DNA of 63,907 nucleotides from Chromera velia (taxonomy: Eukaryota). Both the position numbers and the translations under genes were made by a program. Shown here in pieces: positions 38,050 through 63,907 of this stretch. Below the pieces are notes generated by a model that had not been told where the DNA came from, did no database searches, and was given only the letters and a program-made list of their open reading frames with translations. How positions within the stretch are numbered: position 1 is the first letter of the stretch; each line of letters starts with the position of its first letter. The stretch is taken from positions 62,001 through 125,907 of the forward strand of contig JAHBMJ010000521.1 of assembly GCA_018398765.1 (NCBI GenBank). The letters are read 5' to 3'.

Positions 38050-39201
38050 GAAGAAAGGAAGGAGGGGCAAAATACGACATACAACCTTTTTGGAAAACTG
38101 CTATGAGTCCCTGGTGCCTCGATCAAGAAAATCCATGCCTGATTTGCTTTAATTTGAACCAAGCTGTGAGCACCTACCGGCGTTGTCGGGATCATCTAGG
38201 TTCACACAGCCGTCGCAGCCGCCCACACAATCGTGGAAGGACAGACGAACGAGCTGAGGAATGAGACGACGTGTGTCTGCACCCGGGCGGGGCGAGGGCA
38301 CAGGAGAGGGCACAGGTGGGCCCGTTGTTGTGGTTGTGGTGGTGGTGCTGGGGGTAGTGGTGGTAGAGGTGGTGGTAGTAGTAGTTGTGGTGCTGGAGGG
38401 TGTGATTGTTGGGGAAGAGGGTGTGGTGGTGGTAGTGGTCGTCGTCGTGGTAGTAGTGGTGGTTGTCGTGGTTGCTGGGGGTAAAGTGGTGGTTGGGGTT
38501 GTGGTGGTTGTTGTAGTGGTTGTGGTGGAAGATCGGTCCCTGTCTCTGTCACGGTCACGGTCGCGGTCGCGGTCACGATCTCTATCGCGGTCTCTGTCTC
38601 TGTCTCCTCGTCCGCCTCCTCCTCCTCTTCGCAGCATCCTTCTGCTCTCTGCAGAGTCCTCTATTGCTCTCTGAATGTCTGCAGGCAGATAGTGGAAGGA
38701 AGAAATGGTCAAGACACGTACATCAATCAATCACATATATCATATCAATATATATTTGCATCAAGGAGGCATCACAAAGCATGAACAGCAATTTTCGTTG
38801 ATGGGCACGCGTGGACGGTCAAGGTGTGCCTTCTCACCACGCCAAAGCACAACGGGGTCTCAAGTAAAAGGGCACATGCCGCAGGAGCGTTACTGGTCAT
38901 GGTTTTGAATTCTTGCGTGAGTGACTACAATGCAACAGTATACGACAGGGTAGAAGCGTTGCGCAACAGTTTACTGCAGTTCTGTACATTCACCCAACGA
39001 GTTCAAGCAGACACATGATACTGCAACTCAGTCCATTTTGTCATAATTTCACACTTCATAAGAATGTCTCACAAATGGTGGAGCATATATATACATACAC
39101 TGACCGCCAATGCAGAGGTTAGCAAGGTCAGTCGTCCATCCAGCAGAAGCGCAGTTAAGCGCAGCCGCAGAAACCAGAAGACAGAGCAGGCGTCGGACCA
39201 T
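34167..39201 (-). CDS. Secreted non-animal heme peroxidase (peroxidase-catalase superfamily) with RD repeat and Thr/Pro-rich mucin-like region (~11 exons)
   Basis: Distal motif LVRLSFHDCVGGCDGC (exon 38678-38178), VSRADLWALAG, IPFLTGRVDC, proximal VAIMGAHTLGR, LDNEFY, LMLNA|DMAL and YARNNAAWLSDFADVFSKM. Putative exon 1 MVRRLLCLLVSAAALNCASA (39201-39105) is phase-compatible. An extra 3' exon is possible at ~33663-33590. Confidence 0.88.
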
Positions 39202-39395
39202 TTTGTCTTGAATTCTCTTCCTTCTTCGGCGTCCAAGTAGATCAGTGCAGATCGAATTTGAATGGATTTGAAAACAGGGAAACTCCGATGTTCTGCGTGA
39301 GGCTCTCAGTAAAATCGTTAACTGCTCAAGTGAAAAGCAAAGAAAAGGATCGATCGAGCGTGCATGCCCACAACCGAATATCCGGATTCACCCCC

Positions 39396-39483
39396 CGCTA
39401 CGCTTTCCGGGGTCACATGGGGTCACATATGGGCTCTGGGAAAAGTTTGGTAAGTGCCCCCCGCTTCGCTTTCCGGGGCCATT
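39396..39483 (-). repeat. Dispersed intergenic repeat, copy 2, in the peroxidase/fibrillin divergent promoter
   Basis: Reverse-complement match to 8829-8912, with two internal CGCTTTCCGGGG motifs. Confidence 0.8.
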
Positions 39484-39645
39484 AATTCGACCCGCGGCGC
39501 GGGCCGCATGCAGCATTCGTCCAGCGTGAGCCATCGTGAGCCAGCCATCGATCAGCAAGAGTGACAGGTGGATTCTCATGCACGCTTTTTTGCCTTACAT
39601 GAAGACCTGTGGATGCTGAGGTTTGTGGCCTTAGTGCGAATTTAA

Positions 39646-41538
<1,893 letters not shown>

Positions 41539-42350
41539 CTAGCCCTTTTTATCAGATTTCAAAACTAATGCCACATTCATGTATTTCTCATTGTTTTCAT
41601 AATTCATGTCTAGATTCATGTCAGCAGTAAATTATTACATAAAAAATGTAAAAAGAAAAGCTAAGACAACTTGAAGAGTTACTTGTTTGAAGCGAGGTTA
41701 AATTAAAGAAATTTTAAAATTCTAATTTGTTTACAATTATTATGTTTTATCATGCGAGGAAAATGTATCAAAAATAATTTATATTAAATTATATAAAACC
41801 TCGGCCCCCGGGGGGTTTAAACCCGGAACATCAATGCTATAGTATGGTATAATAGCAGCTATTACTACTATATATTTTAAATATTTTTTTCAGTATTCAA
41901 GTTTTTCCAAACTTTTTCGACTTCCATTTAACTGTCACTGGCAGTGCATGGGTGATATCGTGAATCTTATATTCAAGTGTCGTATACATTTTTCTACATA
42001 TTTTAATTTATGATTCAAATTATTGCACGCTTTTTGAATAGCACGAAGAAAAGATAATAAAACTTTTTAGAAGCTGCTTGACTGGAGGCACGCAATAGTA
42101 GTAAGCGAAGGCTCCCTTCCGAATGTAGCAAACTCGATTCCTATTATTGGAAAGAGAAGTGAGAAGCAAGACAATACCCAACCAGGAGAGAAGGCGGCAT
42201 CCGGATGTCACGGGTTGTGGAACACTTTGAAACATCTCTTAAAGTCGATAGACACGTATCGATCGGCTAACTTTGCTGTGAGGCCAACAGACAGAGGTCG
42301 TTTTACACATAGCCGCCCTGCATATAGATATTAAGCACACACACACACAT

Positions 42351-42406
<56 letters not shown>

Positions 42407-42825
42407 ACAAATACACATACAAACATAAATGGGAGGGAAAAAGAAAGAAAAAGATGGTATATCGTCTTTGTTTTCTCTTCCTTTCTTTCAAAGACAGACT
42501 GTATCTGCTTCTTCTTCCTTTTTTGGGACAAAGAGACAGACTATATCGTCTTTTCTTTTCCTTTTCCTCTTTCTTCCTTCTCTTCTGTTTTTTCCTTTTT
42601 TCTTGTTGGCGCCCTCTCTCAGTGAAAGGGTACCAGAGCTGCAGGCCTTGAGCGTACCCTCTGGCCCTTCCTTACCCAGTGCAGATTTATGCTTTTGCAC
42701 TTCCACATTCTTTCCATCTAGACGCGCGTTCGTTTCTTTCTTGTCCTTTGGTTTATAAGGTGGCAGCAGCAGTAGCCCTCCCAACTGCCAGCAGCAGTAG
42801 CAGCAGCAACTTTCTATTTTTTTTT

Positions 42826-43491
42826 TTTCTGGGGTTCCCTTCATCGTTTCCTAGCCCCTCTCTTCTTGTTGGATCTCTTCTTTTACCTTTTCTTCTGGAG
42901 TTCCGTTCATTATTTCCCAGTCCCTCTCTTTTTGTTGGATCTGTTCTTTTGCCTACTTTTGCCTTTTCTTCTAGGGTTCCCTTTATCGTTTCCCAGCCCC
43001 TCTCTTCTTGTTGGATCTCTTCTTTTGCCTTTTCTTCTGGGGTTCCCTTCATCGTTTCCCAGCCCCTCTCTTCTTGTTGGATCTCTTCTTTTGCCTTTTC
43101 TTCTAGGATTCCCTTCATCGTTTCCCAGCCCCTCTCTTCTTGTTGGATCTCTTCTTTTGCCTTTTCTTCTGGGGTTCCCTTCATCGTTTCCCAGCCCCTC
43201 TCTTCTTGTTGGATCTCTTCTTTTGCTTTTTCTTCTGGGGTTCCCTTCATCGTTTCGCAGCCCCTCTCTTCTTGTTGGATCTCTTCTTTTGCTTTTTTTT
43301 TGGGGGTTCCCTTCATCGTTTCCCAGCCCCTCTCTTCTTGTTAGATCTCTTCTTTTGCTTTTTCTTCTGGGGTTCCCTTCATTGTTTCCCAGCCCCTCTC
43401 TTCTTGTTGGATCTCTTCTTTTGCCTTTTCTTCTGGGGTTCCCTTCATCGTTTCCCAGCTTCTCTCTTCTTGTTGGATCTCTTCTTTTGCC
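42826..43491. repeat. 66-bp minisatellite (~10 units), flanked by (CA)n at 42336-42415 and (TG)n at 43510-43650
   Basis: ggatc anchors at 43013 and 43079 give period 66. The ORF track shows 22-aa repeats in several frames. Confidence 0.92.
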
Positions 43492-43562
43492 CATGGAAAG
43501 AATAGGTGTGCATGTGTATACACATGTATGTGTGTATGTGTGTGTATGTATGTGTGTGTGTA

Positions 43563-43631
<69 letters not shown>

Positions 43632-45259
43632 GTGTGTATGTGCATGTGCGACGTATGTATACGTGACTGCTCACAGGTATAAAGACCTGCGAGAAAAAGG
43701 GAAAGATACCAGGCTATTTGAAAATAACTAGAAGGTTTTCGGCCACAGACAGACAGAGAACACAGATACAAGAGAGAGAAGAGACAGGGAAAGATCGCTA
43801 AACAGTCAGATACTGATATGCACAGTCTGACAATCACATCTCGAAGCATCATAAAAAGCCGAGAGACATCCCTCTCCCTGTTTTGCAGGAACCCTATGTC
43901 TTGCTTAGCCACATATAATGATGCTAGTGATGATGATGATCAGGTGAGTTAACCCGACAGCCATCGTAGCCCAATGGCAAAGGGCAATCTATGAGTATTT
44001 AACTCATACTGCAAAGCTATAGGAGCACGCTAAGCGATTACTCACCTAAAGTGGCCAAACTTTAGGCTGACTAGCTAGTAAAACACGGCGCGCCCAGGAT
44101 TGATCAGTCTGCGGCGGTAGTTAACTAAGTTAACTTCCATACAATCGGCGAGTGAGGTTGATTTGGGTGGGGCAAAGACCCCTCATAGCATATTTTGATG
44201 GGTGCAAAAGGTGTGCACAAATGCTTATACGGTAGTTTTTCAACTGTTTTTGGTCGGCGCCGAACGCGCTTATGAAGAATTTCCGGTGATTTGGATCAGA
44301 AAGTGTAAAAAAAAGAGCAGCGCTAGGACTCGGAGCAGCGCCCTAGGGATAAATCCAAACGTTATAAACATTTTTTCTTAAATTACAATTTAATTGTTAA
44401 AAGACTGTACACTAGACTGTACATTGCATATGAACTAGCATATGAATTATCATTGAAATGTATTCTAAGAAGACTCTGACGGCACAGTGATGTGTAGACC
44501 GGTAAAAGAAGAATGACACGTGATGCATATGTGTCGACAGAACGAAGAGATTTTGAGCTGGGTTGGAGGGAGCCTGAAGACAGAAACAGAAGCGGATGGC
44601 TAGGCGGATGGTCGATCTGTTTTTTTTTTTGCTTCCTCCGAGCTCTTTAAACTCCCCTCCCTATCTCAGTTCCTCTTCGCCCTGTATGTGCAGGTATGCA
44701 TCGATCGTCATTGGTATCAGAGAGGAGGTTCCTGCGCATAAAGTCCATTTGCGTGCGTTGGTTGCCCTATCCATGCCCGCTTCTCTGCCTCCCTGCCTGC
44801 CTCTGTGTCTGTCCATTTTGTTTTTGTTTGCAAGAAGAGAAGAGGGTGGCTCTGAACAGACGTCTCGTCCCTCCTGTCAGGGAGGGGAGGGCAATGCCAA
44901 ATTGAGTGACTGCCTGACAGACAGAATCAATCAATCAATCAATCCATCAATCAAACTTGCAGGCAGAAACGATCTGGATGTTCTGGTTTGAATAATGAAT
45001 CTTCAATTACTCTCTTGCTTGCACTCATTGCACGACTGTGTACAAACGGCTTCATTCCATTTAATTTCTCCTTCTGACCGACCCTCTTCCTTCTCTCTTT
45101 CTCAAAATAATCAAGCCATCTCATCAATCCGGTCTCTTCGCCAGCAGCTTCCCTTCTGCTTCCCTGCCCTCATGACCTCATGACCCTCCATGCAGAGCTT
45201 TTTCGACCCCCTCTCCTGTCTCATTCCCGAGCCCCTCGCCGATCGCTCTCTCTACTCAT

Positions 45260-62374
<17,115 letters not shown>

Positions 62375-63090
62375 TTTGGCTCACCGACAGAGAGTGGAAG
62401 ACTGCTGCTCCGGTCGGATTGACTGAGCACAAACACAGCCAGGACCCGCTGCGTCGGAGGAACAACAGCACTGGCTAAGGAGTCAATCAACAGATGATGA
62501 ATTCACGAGTACTGTTGCGCGACACCTTCCGTTGCCTTCTCTTGATATCTAGGGGTGTCCTGGCTTACACTGCCCTTCCGAGTCAAGAATTCACTTGATT
62601 CTGGATTTGCTCCTCCTGTCCGTTGCCTAGAACTTTGCCCTTTCCTCTTCTACGTCGAAGTGAAATGGTGCGTTTCCGCTTCAATTCAAGCAATTAACTG
62701 CACATATATATATATACGGCCGGTGACAGTTCATGCAGCGTATCGCTCAAATGATTCGAACGCTCAGTCTGATCGCAAAAAAAAAAAAAGAAATACAGAA
62801 CTATGCATCCACGAACCCTCAACTTTTGGGCCTCAAGAAGAGCTGAGTCGAACCGCTCTGAGAGTCTGAGTGCTGAACAGTATCGGTAATAATGCTTGCA
62901 TGGTACTAAACCGATACACTCCGCTTCAGAAGGTGAGTTCCTTGAATCTGACGCGTGAGCGAGATCGTGTTTTTTGTTGTCAATGCACCTGAGGTGCTAT
63001 GCATTTCTTTGCTTTTCAAGGCCCTTTTTCGACACTTTGCCCTCTGAGGCACTTGAATTTTCTGAACAATTAAAAAAGAAAAGATGCGCA

Positions 63091-63860
63091 TACCCTGGAC
63101 ATTAATAGCCGTGAAGAGTCACGATCATGGTGATATTTGTTTCGTTTTCTCTTTGTAACAGCTGTCCATCAATCTCCATATCAATTAACGCTTTGTCTGT
63201 CTTCTGCGGTAGCCGTGAAGAGTCACGATCATGGTGATATTTGTTTCGTTTTCTCTTTGTTGGAAGACGTCTGCGTGTGACCATGGGAATGTTTGCATGG
63301 TCAACAACATCCATTGCAGGGCGCAAGAATGTTCGAATGAAGTGACAATACTTGTCACAGTTAACCTTCTTCCCAAATCTCATGAGTTTTGTCTTCCCCT
63401 TTGCAGAGATGGCTGCACATACAGAAAATCCTTCTGTAGTGCACTGTTTCTTTGTGTGCTTCCAATCTTTCTGTCGAACGGCTTTTGGAGGCTGATGTGG
63501 AAACTTCCTCAAACTGTAAAACCTTGCCTCTGTTGGGAAAACTCCTTGAAGACCCAAACGAAGCTCGTCCCCAAACCAATCATCCATCACGTCATCATCT
63601 TCATGTTCAGCGCAGTACGCGATTCGTTCGGCACGCGCTGTTTCGTTTGTCAGTTACATGATCTATCTTCAAATACTTGAGTACACAGTTTCTATGACAT
63701 TCTGCCACATCAGCAATCTCTTGAATCTTGAATTTCTTCTTGAATCGAAGGTTTTTGAACACTGTCTTTGGATTAAGGACCAGATGTTTCATCCTTTGCT
63801 TTGGGTATGTAAACAAAGAAGAACAACTCTGCACACAGGAAGCAAACCCATTGTTAAGAT
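63091..63860 (-). mobile_element. Decayed Tc1/mariner-IS630 superfamily DNA transposon (truncated, rearranged transposase)
   Basis: HTH-like KIQEIADVAECHRNCVLKYL (63834-63607). DDE-domain motifs WFGDE, VCAAISAKGKTKL..VNCDKYC..L.P and YHHDRDS (63590-63160), with the third catalytic residue missing. Putative terminus TA|CCCTGGACATTAAT at 63091, repeated at 63890. Confidence 0.75.
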
Positions 63861-63907
63861 AATCGACCTTTAGGGTTTAGGGTCTACGATACCCTGGACA
63901 TTAATTT

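Noticed and set aside
43960..44040. tRNA/SINE-like start GCCATCGTAGCCCAATGG (A-box-like)
   Set aside because: No B-box (GTTCRA) and no cloverleaf or acceptor-stem partner found.
63868..63882. Telomere
   Set aside because: Only two TTTAGGG units followed by non-telomeric sequence.

Overview
Eukaryotic, intron-rich nuclear DNA. Introns are GT-AG with a strong TGCAG acceptor and are filled with microsatellites. Bipartite signal+transit leaders and frequent TGCATGCA motifs suggest a chromerid alveolate such as Chromera velia (inference). Most ORFs in the six-frame track are microsatellite noise. Genes reconstructed by hand: a secreted ankyrin-repeat protein (partial), a NIT1-like nitrilase, a small membrane ORF, an intronless CYTH-like protein, a 3-exon membrane protein, a UFD1-domain/zinc-finger protein, a secreted non-animal heme peroxidase with a Thr-rich stalk, an intronless fibrillin-like plastid protein, and a 17-kb gene fusing 3 NDK domains, a Dpy-30 motif and about 5 adenylate-kinase domains. 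Mobile DNA: a 5'-truncated RTE-like LINE with C2H2 finger plus chromodomain and a 43-bp TSD, an internally deleted LTR retrotransposon with TSD and PBS, and a decayed Tc1/IS630-type transposase. The strongest novel signals are RIP-like C-to-T hypermutation of repeats at CpA/CpG, the chromodomain-bearing LINE, and the NDK-Dpy30-AK fusion.
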